Shown here: positions 34,301-43,128 of the stretch, piece after piece
How the letters are laid out: each line of letters opens with the position of its first letter
How positions within the stretch are numbered: position 1 is the stretch's first letter
Notes under the pieces: generated by a model
Database searches by the model: none
Seen by the model: only the letters and a program-made list of their open reading frames with translations
Told to the model about the DNA's origin: nothing
DNA from: Owenia fusiformis
Taxonomy: Eukaryota
DNA: 64,000 nucleotides
Direction of reading: 5' to 3'
NCBI GenBank assembly: GCA_903813345.2
Contig: CAIIXF020000001.1
Coordinates: forward strand, 28,954,001 to 29,018,000
Made by a program: the position numbers and the translations under genes

Positions 34301-36415
34301 AAATCCAAAATGGCCGACAATAAAAAAGTGATTATGAGTTTTTGCTGATTTCCCTTTACAAAATTATCACATATAACTACTGTTAACAATAACATAGGCT
34401 TTTACAAGAAAGTACATCTGAAATTATTTATAAAGCTACTAAATAGTTAAAGTATGAAAACTCAAAAACACCATTCAGTATGATACAAAGTATTATCGCA
34501 CGCTAACTTTTCTTAAGACATTCAAAATGGCTGCCATGACTGAGCTAACAGGTTCAAAACCTAATCAGATCTAGAATGAAGTGAGCTGAACAAGATATTA
34601 AAGTTTTAAAAGCAACTGTGAAGCTGTTTTTCTTAAAGTTTGCAGACAAGGATTTTAGCATTTGACTTCAAAATGGCCGACAGGAAGTAGGTTTCGAGTT
34701 AATTTTTTTCATCCACACCTGTATGCACTCATAAGTTATCCCTGAAAATTTGAAGGTGATATCTGTAGCGGTTTTGGAGAAAACTCCCGAACGTACGGAC
34801 GGACGGACGTACTCCCGCAGAGTCCTTTGTGCAATTTTTTCCTTGTGCTGTGCGGGTTGCACATTCTAGTACAGTCCACAGTGCCAAATCTGTCCAAGTT
34901 ATAATGGACAATGTTAAGCATATCAAAATTGATACGGGGTGCGATTGTTCTTTATGAATGTGAGGTGCACTGGTTATGAAAACTGACCAACTTCTGGGTT
35001 GCACCACAGAGGTCGGTAAAAACCCCAGAAGGGTATATCTGAACGCATGGCGCACAGCACTAAGGACTCTGTGGGAGAGCAGACGGACGGACGGACGGAT
35101 GGACGTGCCTAGGCCGACAATATGACCCCACACTATGTGGTGGGGACATAAAAAGCTAAACATGAAGTTGAAGACTAAAGTGACTGTTTAGCGCTTGACA
35201 CAAAGTTCAAACGCAGGTATCAATACTCTAGCAATCAAAACATTATGCTTTTCTTAAGCTTCACAAATGAATGTGAAAGCAAAAATAAATGAATTTGTTA
35301 TAACAGTTGAATCACTCAGAAGTTCTGATATGTGAACTGTATACATAAGGTCTGATTGATTCTCCATTAATTCACGGTATAGTCTGTCACGTGACTTAAA
35401 TTTAATCTTTATTGGGTCACCCTGCAAAAACCAATGAATCTACAGTCTTCAAACTTTCCAACTAAAGTTAAAATAAAACATGCAAGAATATTAACAAACA
35501 ACCTATAACATTACATTGTAGAGGTTTCACAAAAATTGTAGAAGATGGAGTAAAAATTGTTGTCATACTTCCTATTGTAGCCACCTGTGATCCAATCAGT
35601 GTTCGTTTCACATTTTCCTCACTGGTGCTTTCGTTCAGGTAACAATAAAATGGGTGCCTCCCAGTGTATTGTCCTGTCATATTCTCTTTGTATATCATTA
35701 AAGTTGGAGACAGGATTGTGTAGAAATCCGATGAGATTACTTTAGAGCCAGCTTGGAAATAGAGGTAGCTTGAGTTGAAGGGGGCAACATCCCCTGTCAA
35801 TGTACAGTTTAGTTCAATATAATTTCCAAGCTCAACTAGAGGATTCACTGGTGTTACTTCTGGAAAGACAAGAATGAACAATTTGTTAAGAGTGTAATCC
35901 TTCAAAATCAAAATATTAAACTATAGTTATAAAAAGTGAGCAAAACACAAAGTGAACAAGATCACCCCATCAAATAAGCATTTTAAGCAATGCCCAGAAA
36001 AATGGCACTAGATTCTCAACATTTTTTATTTGACAGCCATTTAAAAAAAATGTTTGCGTCCAACCATTTGCCAGTATACATCTTTGCACAAAATATGAAG
36101 AAAATCAGTACACTTATACTTGTAAATGTGTTTGTATGACAGACAGGGACAGATGAATGAACATTAATGAAATCAAGGAATGAAAAAGTTAGATACAAGT
36201 AGTATATAAACTGATCTAAGGACAGATGGGCAATCACCAATAGAGACAACAGACAAGGGAGAGATAGCAATGAACCATTTAGCAAAAAAAACATAAGAAT
36301 GTGCACTTTGAAGAATTCAATACTTACTTCCAGGACTTGATATAAAGAATCCTTGCAATAAAACTTGGGATATGACTAAGAATACCACATATATCTGAGT
36401 CCAATGTAAGGCCAT
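826..36415 (-). CDS. Class I cytokine receptor, gp130/IL6ST-Domeless-like, copy 1 (spliced gene model, ~920-924 aa)
   Basis: Hand-assembled join (minus): 36328-36415, 35569-35859, 31531-31660, [30493-30671 OR 30241-30431], 26255-26400, 21581-21740, 21184-21278, 11203-11443, 9008-9144, 8316-8469, 7906-8061, 7462-7614, 4996-5083, 4344-4455, 2136-2264, 826-1329. All junctions GT-AG with matching phases; total 2763 or 2775 nt. Order: signal peptide, Ig, CBM (NALG motif, degenerate WSXWS 'EAWSDSK'), FN3 x3, TM, box1-like, Ser-rich tail. Family assignment is from architecture, not a database search. Confidence 0.85.
1645..1999. mobile_element. MITE, Mutator-like TSD
   Basis: Imperfect TIRs AGAGG..CCCCAGAG / CTCTGGGG..CCTCT; CTGTTTAGTA duplicated at 1635-1644 and 2000-2009; absent from the equivalent paralog intron. 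Confidence 0.75.
2136..2264 (-). CDS. Receptor copy 1: cytoplasmic exon
   Basis: HFGGSGRQPQDGYTAIDNPESPTNSGTPFIQENSGQSNDLVLP; ttgtag / gtatgt; homologous exon in paralog. Confidence 0.8.
2371..3967. mobile_element. Non-autonomous TIR element with 15-bp subterminal repeats
   Basis: GGTCATCTCAACCC ... GGGGTTGAGATGACC; ATAAAA on both flanks; empty site in paralog (~61667). Confidence 0.7.
2760..3140 (+). pseudogene. LINE (CR1/L2-like) RT C-terminal remnant
   Basis: LIFKSFFLPLFDYCDIIY resembles the post-RT motif of CR1/L2-clade ORF2; disrupted by a local duplication. Confidence 0.6.
4344..4455 (-). CDS. Receptor copy 1: juxtamembrane exon with box1-like ITLP
   Basis: RGRQGIDWCKKSATQEITLPDDHDNFMVENGINDNTI; ttttag / gtaagt; homologous exon in paralog. 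Confidence 0.8.
4606..4702. repeat. 32-bp tandem repeat x3
   Basis: CTTGTTACACTGATGTATCACCAGATCACACA. Confidence 0.85.
4996..5083 (-). CDS. Receptor copy 1: transmembrane exon
   Basis: GLRPWHWGLIAIGILIALILAGIGLRAFVK; ttttgtag / AA|gtaagt; same 88-nt length in paralog. Confidence 0.88.
5150..6045 (+). mobile_element. Helentron/HINE-like non-autonomous element
   Basis: ~140-bp core tandem repeats with AAAATGGCGGCCATTTT, then (GGAC/GTAC)n microsatellite 5877-5975 and 3' hairpin; boundaries approximate. Confidence 0.6.
7462..7614 (-). CDS. Receptor copy 1: membrane-proximal FN3 exon
   Basis: VKEHNVTGANKLRETIPGVPEGKYCVEMSSYSEGG...SRFI; ttttcag acceptor conserved in paralog; G|gtaata. Confidence 0.82.
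7906..8061 (-). CDS. Receptor copy 1: FN3 exon
   Basis: SRVEAPKGVVAINDSDVSESLTVSWEPYLC...GWTIFYYPENDISN; attcag / G|gtgagt. Confidence 0.85.
8316..8469 (-). CDS. Receptor copy 1: FN3 exon
   Basis: IPIVSQVLKNG...LYGVSVFNGKIHSGINWADCLYDYSI; tttcag / gtaagt. Confidence 0.82.
8600..8800. repeat. Dispersed repeat (copies at ~40240-40430 and inverted at ~58250-58450)
   Basis: Shared GAGTAGGTAGTTAC..CCAGGTGGCT and downstream sequence. Confidence 0.75.
9008..9144 (-). CDS. Receptor copy 1: FN3 exon
   Basis: VFPVKQLVAFSNVNNITVTFNIG...VYCPRVAFNDKVCNEK; tttccag / AAG|gtgagt. Confidence 0.8.
9404..9969. mobile_element. MITE with TTAA TSD (Kolobok-like)
   Basis: TTAA|AGGGT ... ACCCT|TTAA, imperfect TIRs. 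Confidence 0.55.
10335..11089. mobile_element. MITE, PIF/Harbinger-like
   Basis: TIR AGGGAG(T/G)TTAAGATTAGCGTAAA; 3-bp AAT on both flanks. Confidence 0.8.
11203..11443 (-). CDS. Receptor copy 1: FN3 exon
   Basis: DIPQEDKNGILIDCRV...YRLVVECRTEVGYS...EVPRTEK; NG-x-I and VGYS motifs typical of gp130-family FN3; phases 0 to 1. Confidence 0.85.
11748..12443 (+). repeat. 5' LTR
   Basis: Direct repeat of 20422-21117 (offset 8674); TG...CA ends; AATAAA at ~12399; internal 38-bp tandem duplication ~12240-12326. Confidence 0.97.
12446..12460 (+). other. Primer-binding site
   Basis: TGGTACTGCGGGC begins 2 nt after the 5' LTR; TGG is complementary to tRNA CCA; cognate tRNA not identified. Confidence 0.7.
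12529..12760 (+). repeat. Tandem array, ~28-bp unit (14-bp subunits), in retrotransposon leader
   Basis: AACCGAGATTCCAGGTTCGAGATTCGAT repeats. Confidence 0.9.
12955..13385 (+). repeat. Tandem array, ~52-65-bp units, in retrotransposon leader
   Basis: Recurrent CATGAACTCTGATATTCA core with two alternating tails. Confidence 0.9.
13876..14595 (+). repeat. Tandem array, ~8 units of 91-102 bp, in retrotransposon leader
   Basis: Units start TACAGGGTG-like at 13876, 13968, 14060, 14151, 14252, 14354, 14454, 14547. Confidence 0.9.
14660..15736 (+). CDS. gag: Gag with C-terminal CCHC zinc knuckle
   Basis: First ATG 14660; RKQKPNESVMQY retrotransposon capsid-like motif; CTHCGRWGHAIERC (C-X2-C-X4-H-X4-C). 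Confidence 0.93.
   Translation: MATPTSEDKYKEAYMRLQKEKKQQDEEILRLDHIRKEAELKAKQLEKSRKEMETQLKDISKPYKMVIPERKKLDFFKGKTDFQEWKEDAINYLRYKDEEEHIDLLMYHLKGEAKLAVKNDQLETIDEIFDALELTFDQKEAPGVLKSKFYTRKQKPNESVMQYILSLTKLMDKWQKATEIPLTATEQNNILKEQFIENLSVPQLKWELHKYLRDHPDASFRDMKIFASQYTKDVPCNDASTNDPDIEVSAIATSLRDIESKMSNMIEQNFKEIKKLTDGMQNYVETIKDDIKTEVTADLNTKLQSLTQELKQEIRQETNRSRTKCTHCGRWGHAIERCFYNKNKDTTQSTYTQQQPKN
15727..15770 (+). promoter_or_regulatory. -1 programmed ribosomal frameshift signal
   Basis: A AAA AAC heptamer directly before the gag TAG, 6-nt spacer, stem TGCCCCCCACT/AGTGG(A)GGGGCA; -1 frame runs into pol. Confidence 0.85.
15739..19731 (+). CDS. pol: Pol polyprotein (aspartic protease, RT, RNase H, integrase), expressed by -1 frameshift
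   Basis: LVDTGS protease; CVDYR, MPFGL, FLDD RT; DAS/ELLA/TDN RNase H; HHCC and D,D(35)E (CIDF, SDQG, QVER) integrase; uninterrupted 1330 codons. Confidence 0.97.
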   Translation: MPPTNKKVEGQSSIESNKMHHKSDNETTFSENLIGNEALIHTSINNNDTISMLVDTGSRVSLIYESYYNQHLKGQSNIENCFINLVAANHTPIPYIGFIVVDIEVAGTKIKDANIIVQKDPENKNNKSTARVGILGTNILKHLKMFKHILCTDDTQKPDEDFNLKPQAARVYETTVIPANCEADVVLTVHGRTGVGLIENINTPTPGNIKIMNTLVEVTNNKAVARLINISQSPVTLYRRTKLGKFSKVDIQEESSLFQDGNNDVIVTVNKIQPENEVTIDKISEPNLIDFDGTSEDKEKFQNLLHKYEDVFASDDLDLGHTTTVKHGIKLSDDIPVKQPFRRIPPNYIQEVKLQIDQMLRKGIIRPSNSAYASPIVCVRKKSGALRICVDYRIINSKTHRDAFPLPRIEESMDVMRGAKYFSSLDLQSAFHQIEVEEADKAKTAFSTQFGLYEYNRMPFGLTNSPASYQRLMQTIFHEENMSSLMIFLDDILVFSNDIDEHLRKLENVFEKLRKHGLKLEIRKCFFFKKQIKYLGHVLSEEGISVDPEKISVIEKWPEPTTVSDVQAFLGFCGFYRRFVIDFGKTASPLYDVITENLPSDKRTKKKKTRAKCKIKVTLNGKSKAAFEEMKKKMMSTPVLGYADYNLPFKVEIDASLTGLGAILSQVQNGKVKIISYAHRNLRKGEKSMHKFSSRKLELLAMKWAVSEKFRDYLLGSKFTIFTDNNPLTHLKTSKLSAVEQRWVGELAPFNFDIKYNPGTTNRGADILSRLQSEGDETEAEDSDSVEGLEYKPNIEDISSEKVNQVITEITKTTKVTIPDNAMNSSSIDVNATDVQDENILSTPLFDTISIQSMIKMQENDIGISLLKKSLVTKPTLTHQLDSRSKTLLRQKKRVILDQGVLYRKIIIRGEPLCQLVVPSELENIIMKGMHDHLGHQAAERTLELIKRKYYWPNMKKSVDRYVGTCKRCTIAKPLNNKRCTLGTITAKSPNEVVCIDFLKIDQSDAGIEDILVITDVFSKFSISVALRNQKAENVAKCLINNWTTKYGIMKRLHSDQGPNFEGQVIAKMCSLYGISKSRTTAYNPMGNGQVERYNKTLISMIQTLEQEKKSKWQCYLSELNFAYNVTPHSTTGYSPFYLMFGREPNLPTDIMDEEEDHNKPSWPELQHQRQTEAYKIASDKMSKKVENRKKPYRTMKHLNVGNLVLLKRHYIGRCKIKDAFSSDPWIVTENLGGNVYKICQGTEKVKVVNLKNLKLYATSNDDTSDSDDVDHEVSSGNESTTSESDSDDSSSDGSFEILLFSKNQREEEDPSALRRSTRIRQKPDRLTYT
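20422..21117 (+). repeat. 3' LTR
   Basis: No differences from the 5' LTR seen by eye. Confidence 0.97.
21184..21278 (-). CDS. Receptor copy 1: FN3 exon
   Basis: IPARGPGVHGGGFEIRDVNPSDSTRTVVVYWE; tttcag / GAG|gtaagc. Confidence 0.85.
21581..21740 (-). CDS. Receptor copy 1: D3 FN3 C-terminal half with degenerate WSXWS
   Basis: NAGETDRTWFLVEGLHPYQNYTFDVSV...PEAWSDSKQDKARTKQD; FN3 LxPxxxYxF motif; tttttcag / gtgagt. Confidence 0.88.
23380..24058. repeat. ~165-bp tandem repeat x4
   Basis: Recurrent CATGATAACCATCATAGTCTGATTGCTCAGATGAG. Confidence 0.8.
24059..24823. repeat. 42-bp minisatellite (~17 copies; 19+23 subunits) ending in a transposon-like terminus
   Basis: (GGGTCTTAGTTTTATAACAGGGTCTTAGTTTTATAACGTGGG)n then ...GTTTTGTAGACACCCG. 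Confidence 0.95.
26255..26400 (-). CDS. Receptor copy 1: D3 FN3 N-terminal half
   Basis: MVPYAVNKVKLIVESSVAINVTWEP...MYRVLYKRDDQPQWQ; ttccag / CAG|gtaagg. Confidence 0.85.
26514..27364. mobile_element. Foldback MITE with CAC termini
   Basis: ~410-bp near-perfect inverted arms starting CACCCTATGCAGACAGAGCC; ATATA on both flanks. Confidence 0.9.
27385..27492 (-). pseudogene. Partial degenerate duplicate of the D3 exon 5' end
   Basis: Matches 26338-26435; contains in-frame TAA. Confidence 0.8.
27498..28107. mobile_element. Tc1/mariner-type MITE
   Basis: TA|CAGGGTGTCAAATAAGTCCCGTCCCCCC ... perfect inverted copy|TA. Confidence 0.9.
30241..30431 (-). CDS. Receptor copy 1: D2 C-terminal half, alternative exon B
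   Basis: HPSSGGLTPCTSEDKEHKSNCICSSNHCNFTHISARLYLYLQIDCINDIGKTTARERIDMEAN; tttttgcag acceptor, A|gtgagt donor; phase 2 to 1; Cys pattern matches exon A. Confidence 0.78.
30493..30671 (-). CDS. Receptor copy 1: D2 C-terminal half, alternative exon A
   Basis: FRGKLHQCGGTESMCSCTENYCYFSRIVASQQILYLFMTIKNALGELPQHHHQIVMKDH; tttttacag acceptor (two in-frame alternatives just upstream), A|gtgagt donor; phase 2 to 1. Confidence 0.8.
31531..31660 (-). CDS. Receptor copy 1: cytokine-binding module D2, N-terminal half
   Basis: RKPVKPTNFRARFNNWNDGHVSWEPEQKNATFLHTATTVSYSF; ttttccag acceptor, TT|gtaagt donor (phase 1 to 2). Confidence 0.8.
33000..35155 (+). mobile_element. Helentron/HINE-like element with ~162-bp core repeats
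   Basis: Tandem AGACAAGACTTTACAGACAAGATTTTAGGA units, (GGAC)n at ~34792 and ~35082, terminal hairpin CCCCAC..GTGGGG; related fragments at ~7130-7320 and ~29400-29640. Confidence 0.65.
33248..33718. mobile_element. MITE with TTACT...AGTAA ends and 8-bp TSD
   Basis: CTAAAATT duplicated at 33240-33247 and 33719-33726. Confidence 0.8.
35569..35859 (-). CDS. Receptor copy 1: Ig-like domain exon
   Basis: KVTPVNPLVELGNYIELNCTL...PFYCYL...QVATIG; tttccag acceptor, gtatga donor, phase 1-1. Confidence 0.85.
36328..36415 (-). CDS. Receptor copy 1: first coding exon, signal peptide (exon begins in UTR at 36439)
   Basis: MALHWTQIYVVFLVISQVLLQGFFISSPG; acceptor tttcag, donor A|gtaagt phase 1. Confidence 0.8.
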
Positions 36416-36543
36416 GTTAGTGTATTTCTACCTCTCAACCTGAAAATAAACATCCATATAATTTAACAAAATCGATTACACCTTAAAATATCTATATGCT
36501 TTTAAATAGCTCACATTTGAATAATAAGAATAAATAATATTAA

Positions 36544-38510
36544 ATTCCCCATCTAAAGTTTAAACCACTTTGGCTTATATTGTAGTTTTACCCAATGTTA
36601 TCAAAGTGTGATATGTGAAACTTTTTTTTTTATTTCAAAAAGTGGTTTTTGATAGACTTTTTGTTCCAAAATTTGTGAATTTATTTAAAACTAACTTTTA
36701 GAGGTCACAAATATCTTTTAATTAGCCACAATTCATACCAATGCATAGCATTCATCCTCATATGTTTTTTGCCAAAAAAATTAAGAAAATTGGTTTATAA
36801 ATAAGCGAGAAATGAACTTATCAGTGCATAAAATTGGTTCCGAGAAAAATGCATTTAAAAATTTTAGTTCTCATAGAAACCAATGGTACAACTAGAAAAG
36901 CAGCAACTCCACGGAGTAGCAAATCCCACCGAACAAAACATATTATGCTTATTATAGCTAGTGTAAATGTTGAAATGTTTGTGCACTTTGTGACAGAAGC
37001 ATGAAATTTGGCACAAAGTTAGTTTATACCATTGTGAACTAGACATCATCATATAAAATTTGAACCAAATCCGTTCACTGGTATATGAGTTATCAAAGAT
37101 TATGTTTTTTTACGAAAATTGGCCGCCATCTTGAAATTCAGCCGCCATCTTGAAAATTATTTCTTTAACAGAGCTACTGTGTAACTAGGCATAATCATAT
37201 AAAATTTCAACCAAATCTGTTCACTGGTATTTGAGTTATCAAAGATTACGTTTTTTACGAAAAATTGCCGCCATTTTGAAATTAAGCGGCCATCTTGAAA
37301 ATCTTTTGTTGAACATAGCTACTATGTCCCTAAGCATCATCATATAAAATTTGAACCAAATCTGTTTACTGGTATATGAGTTATCAAAGATTACGTTTTT
37401 TACGAAAATTGGCCGTCATCTTGAAATTCAGCCGCCATCTTGAGAATTATTTCTTGAACAGAGCTACTGTGTCCCTAGGCATAATCATATAAAATTTCAA
37501 CCAAATCTGTTCACTGGTATTTGAGATATCAAAGATTACGTTTTTTACGAAAAATTGCCACCATTTTGAAATTAAGCCGCCATCTTGAAAATTTTTTGTC
37601 AAACATAGCTACTGTGTCCCTAAGCATCATCATATAAAATTTGAACCAAATCCGTTCACTGGTATCTCAGTTATCAAAGATTACATATTTTTACAAAAAA
37701 TGGCCGCCATTTTGAAATTAAGCGGCCATCTTGAAAATCTCTTTTTGTGCGAAATTCCTTTGTCCCTAGGCATCAGCATATAAAATTTGAACCAAATCCA
37801 TCAACTTGTATTTTAGGTATCAACGATTACATTTTTTACGAAAAATGGCGGCCATTTTGAATTGAGCTGCCATATTGAAAATTCCTTCTTGAGCAGAGGT
37901 CCTACACTCATAAGGCATAAGCCTATAAAATTTGAACCATATCCGTTAACCAGTATTGGAGTTACCGCCCAGTCACACGGGCGAACGAACGTACGGACGG
38001 ACGGACGGCTTCTCTATATCCCCCTCGAACTTTGTTCGGTGGGATAATGATATCTAAAACATAATATATTCTTATTTTTAACCTGGTTAGACAATCAACA
38101 TTGGTTTATTATTGAAGTCTAGCATATTTAGAAAAGATTGACATCGAAAACAAAATTTCAATTTACCTTAGTGACATCACTAATGTTTCAAAATATTTTT
38201 GATATGCTAAAACATTGAAGTAGCCCATTAAATATGGCATTTTATTATTGAAATAGTGAGTCCTTTGTTCAATCTTTGCATTGGTGTTAAAAAGATAATA
38301 TCTTTTTGAAATGCATTAAGAAATATTTGATGATTAAAAAATTTCAACTTTTTTTTGAAAAATGGCGGGAAATTTGAATATTTGAGAAATGAAATGCTCA
38401 CTTTTTTCAAAAAAATTTTTTTTTTTCAAAAATCTCTAAAATAAGTTTTTAAGTGATGACAAATAGTAAATGAATGATAAAAAAATATTTTCAAACTTTA
38501 GACGGGGACT
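36544..38510. mobile_element. TTAA-flanked TIR element (Kolobok-like) containing a nested HINE-like element
   Basis: TTAA|ATTCCCCATCTAAAGTTT ... AAACTTTAGACGGGGACT|TTAA. Confidence 0.7.
36955..38047 (+). mobile_element. Helentron/HINE-like element with ~145-bp core repeats x7
   Basis: AAAATTTGAACCAAATC units at ~145-bp spacing, (GGAC)n, 3' hairpin CGAAC-TTT-GTTCG; related fragment ~28640-28820. Confidence 0.7.
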
Positions 38511-39217
38511 TTAAGAGATCTGAAAACAGAATCTCTATTTTTCAGCCTCATTACACAGTTCCTTGGGGTTAGGAAGATAAATGTGAGATGTGTGTATACT
38601 ACAAAGATTTTATCTGGTAGGATTAATACTCATTAATTTGCTTTGAAGTAGGTCAAGTAAGTAGGTCACAGGGCTTAGCTTAAATATGGCCAATAATTGG
38701 TATTGAACTTACTTGGAAAATGAAATGATGGACAGTCCCTTGGAATAGTTTATAATATAATAATCTTGTTAAGAATTTCCATTCCTCCTTTTTTAACCAT
38801 CATTTTTTGGTCCCTCCATCCATATAAAGTAATCTGGAAAACAATAAAAATAATAGTTTAAAGTCAGGACTGTTTTTAAGAAAGGGTATTTGTAAATAAA
38901 TAGACTCTTGGGTCCATTTTTAGAACTGTCGTAACTTACGATTCCAAAAAAACAATTTTCTACTTTTTGATGAACAATGACCTGCAACCAATGTCTGGGG
39001 GTCACACTATTACACATGAAAGTCTTCCAAATATGTGTAACTTAACCCCTTTAATGATTGTTGACAGAAATACTAGGGGAGGTGGCAGTGGGTGTATGAA
39101 GTATGAAGTTTGCTATTTCTAGAAAATATATCGTAAGTTACAAAATATATACTGAATAAGATTGTGCTCTATCTGATTTAGCCTTGAAACAGTTATAAGT
39201 ACTTAAATAGAATCAAT

Positions 39218-40086
39218 AGAGAGATTTCGCACATAAGTGAAAGTACAACTTATACGTATAGTTTAAAGGGTCATATCGAACTATTATATTTACTAAAATC
39301 AATTTTAAATTGTACTTAATGGAACATAACTATTCCCGTTATAGAAAAGCTCCATCAACTAGAGACTATGAATGCACTGTCATCTGCACGTGTAGATTAT
39401 GCACTATATAATTAAATGCTTGCTTCCGTGTCCTTGTAGTTGTAGTGTATTATAAACACGATCCTTTAAAGGGAGTCATGATTCTTTAAAGTGAGTCATT
39501 ACATAAACAAGTTGATTATTTCAATGTTTTCATGATCAGTACGTATAAGTTCAATGAACTTACAAAACGGTATATTTACGTAGATGATAACGTATACAGT
39601 TGGATCTCCATATAAAGATTTGCCTACTATACATGTGTGTGGAACAATTGACTGCAAGCATTTTTTCAAATTAATTGGCGGAGTGGGAACAGTATCCAAT
39701 CAAATACTTTAATTTAACCATCAATTTGAAACACCAATCAAACCAGTAGGTTCTAGCAATTCCTGGAAACGACCCATTCAGTAGCTCAACATATAACATA
39801 CAGGGTGTTTCATAACGAGCATCTCCAAAAAGTCAATTTGAGAAGAGATGGGTCTATAACATATGTACTATATATGAGCCTATTTTATTCTAGACAAACA
39901 CATTTGGATCAACTAAACATGCTACAATTCAAGAAAGTACAAATGGCATCCCTTTGACCTGTATTTATTACAGTCCGAGAAGATCTTTCCTGACGAAAAG
40001 CTCACATTATGAAACACCTTGTACGTTTACCTATAAGTATAAGTATACGTTATAAGTTGTACTTTCACTAGGTGCGAAATCTCTCT
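39218..40086. mobile_element. MITE, PIF/Harbinger-like, with nested mariner-type MITE (39801-40021)
   Basis: TIR AGAGAGATTTCGCAC..AGTGAAAGTACAACTTATA; AAT on both flanks; inner TA|CAGGGTGTTTCATAA ... TTATGAAACACCTTG|TA. Confidence 0.8.
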
Positions 40087-41537
40087 AATTTGTCATTATC
40101 AAATTATCATAGTGAACAAGGAAGCAAAATCAATTTACAGCAATGGCAAGTTGCCTGTACAGGTAATCTTTCTTCCTATTAGCTGGTTGGTTCATGTGAA
40201 TTCATGTGACGCCATGGAAAAGTAGCTCAATCAATAACTCAGACGCGAGTAGGTAGTTACTATTTTCACCACCAGGTGGCTCGTTCGGGTCAGATAGCAT
40301 GGCGGGTATAGTAGAAAGTTTCCTTTAATTTAAATATTTCTAGTTTTAGTGGTTCAATTTTCATATCACCCTGCCTTATGTATCTAATAGTTATGCAAAT
40401 TAAAATATGTCCAGTAAAAGAAAATATTAGTTTTCAAGCCAATTTTCAAAACCATAATTCTAGATGTACTATTATGAATATGATCACTTTGACTGAATTT
40501 TGAATATTTAAGGACGTAAATCAAGATTATTTTTACTCACATCTAGTCTATTACATATACAGTACATGTAATATTAATTTCTTTACCTGCCAGGTATTGA
40601 AAAAATACTAAACCCAAATTACCAGTAGCTTAGAAATGAATACAGTTAACCAGACAAGGTTCAGTTTCCCTTACCTCTGTGGTGACTATTTGGCATACAT
40701 TTCTATTTCTTTTTTCTATGAATTAATACTTCCTTGTTTCAATAAATGTACTCTGTATGTTTTCTAGTATCATAAATCCATCATAAATGTTTTTTAAACA
40801 CTTTTGCAACAATATGAAAGAAAGGATTCATGGATTTTTTCATTCTGTAAAATAGCAGACAATGGGACTGAGAATATGATCAATGCTTTAACTATATAAT
40901 TTATATCAGTAATAAAAGGTACCTAGAAGATGATATTGATCTGTGTCGTGGCTCACGTAAGGATTTACTGTATGGTTGGTTTGTTATTTTGCAAGACCTG
41001 AATAAGAATGAGGTGGCGAGTCAGATCAAAGGGATATGGGAGCTTGATCTAAAACACAGTCATATTAGTACTATTATGAGAATGGATTTCCACCAGGTCC
41101 ATAGACAGCCTTTACCACGGGGTGGGGGTTCAGTTTTCAAAAAATTCTAGGGGGGGGGGTTCAGATTTGACACTTTTGGTCCCAAATCAAAGATATAAGT
41201 TAGTGTTAGCTTAATGCCTTTTGAGATGCTAAGTGACCTAATAAACTGGGCTTCTTATTATTACCAAGGAGAAAGATTTCACGTCTAGGTGGCTTTTTAT
41301 AGGCCCCATCAAGTACTATTATCCACAATTCTAGTTTTCAATATATAGGAATGTGTAGCAGTGACATTGATTGGCAATAGAAGAACAAGATGATAACCCT
41401 TATGTAATGAGATTGTTCGCAAATGAATCAAAAATTGATGGTTTAAGATTAAAATCAATAAAAAATATACAATTAATTTAAAACTTGTCATTGCTAGAGG
41501 AATATTTCTCAAAGGATGTTAAAAAGCTCATCCTGGC

Positions 41538-41862
41538 CACTGATGGATTAGGGGGGGGGGCCTGGGGGCATGGGGGCTTGGCCCCCCACCCCCCCCTTGG
41601 GTGAGCCCAGAAAAAAAAATGTTGGGCCAAAAAAGGCCTTAAAGCCCCAAAAAGTGGGCCTTTTTGGTCTTACCTGGGCCTTTGAAGGCCTTATTTTTTA
41701 ATTTCAGGCCAAATTTTCAAGAAATTGGGCCTGAAAATTTCAAAATTTGGGCCCACTTTTGGGTTTAAGGGGCCCAAATTTTTTTCCACGCTAGCGCGAA
41801 CGTTTTTTCTCTGACCGGAAATTTGGGCCCCCTGCCCTTGTTGGTTCCCAGATCCGCCCCTG
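41538..41862. mobile_element. Degenerate hAT-like MITE
   Basis: Right end GATCCGCCCCTG, G/C-run subtermini, repeated GGGCC; left end degenerate. Confidence 0.5.
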
Positions 41863-42879
41863 CTGGCTACGCTAGAATGTAGGTATATTCTTCGGAATAA
41901 TCCAATTAACCATAAAGGCTTGACTCCCAATTCCAATTAATCATTAATAAATTAATGTGGTAATTGAACATTTATTTCATCAGATAAAGGCTTTTTGAAA
42001 ATAACAGCTGAACAATGTGAACTTGCAACTGTATATCAAAAACACATTGGGTTTTAGAACAATAAAATATATTGGCTCGAGGCAATACTAATTAGAAAAT
42101 TTGCTTGGTACAAAGGGATCACTGTGACCCAAAATGTTAACTTTACTTGGTTAAAGCATTATTAGAGAGTGAAAATCATGCTGTTACGATTAATAATTTC
42201 TGCCAAATAACCTTGGATCATCCCAAAACCAAAGTCAGAATTGATTCTTTGGAACATAAGTGTGACAAAGAAGGACAAGAACATGAAATTATGACATCTT
42301 TAACAAACCTCCTCTCGGGCTTAAATAGCAACACATCTCTGACTCACAACTGATTTTGTTAGACTGTATGTGAACTTATGCTGAATGAGTGGTACATTTA
42401 CAAAGCATGCTTGTGTTTATTCTCAATAAGCATAAAATATTACTGTTTACTAAGAGTCTAGAATAATTCAGCCTTATTCAATGTCATACTAATAAGGTCA
42501 ATGTGATAGCTCACTACAAAAATACTATGTAAATGCACTTTGGAATGTATAAGGAAGTTTCAAAGACTGTTTTTCTATGTGAATGAGACCTGCCAACGAT
42601 TAGAAATGGCATTGGTTACAACTTTCTGTCTCAAAACACTTGACAAACATTTTAATACAAGGTAATAAAAAATTTCACAAATCCGCGGGGATTTAATTGA
42701 CAGCATGACCAACCTCCTTTATATGCTTTAAATACAACAATAACACAAGTGGAGCACTAGTCGAGATTTTACTGTTCTCCCATTTAATTTTGTGAGTTTT
42801 AAATTCACAAATTTTGAGAAATCAGAATTTCACAGCTTTTAAATTTGGCCGTGGCTGGAGAGCCTTAAATTTTAAGCCA

Positions 42880-43128
42880 CCATAGCACTTGGAGTTGTGT
42901 GTCGCAACCTCCGAGGGTGCCCCACATCCCTCAAAGAAAAGGCCTAGACAAGTCCATTGTTAGGCCCCACCTTGATAAGTACCAGTTGGATTAACTTGAC
43001 ACTAGACGGAGCAACAGCAGACTTTCCCTTATGTACAAAATAGTAAACGACAAGGTAGAAATCACATCTTCAGATTTTTTCAACTTCACCACATACTCTT
43101 GCAACATGGGCATACTCAAATACTCTTT
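42880..43128 (+). pseudogene. LINE (CR1-like) ORF2 3' remnant, continues at ~49489-49530
   Basis: KSIVRPHL, RRSNSRLSLMYKIVNDKVEI, LKYSF then FVPRTIVEWNKL after the insertion. Confidence 0.7.
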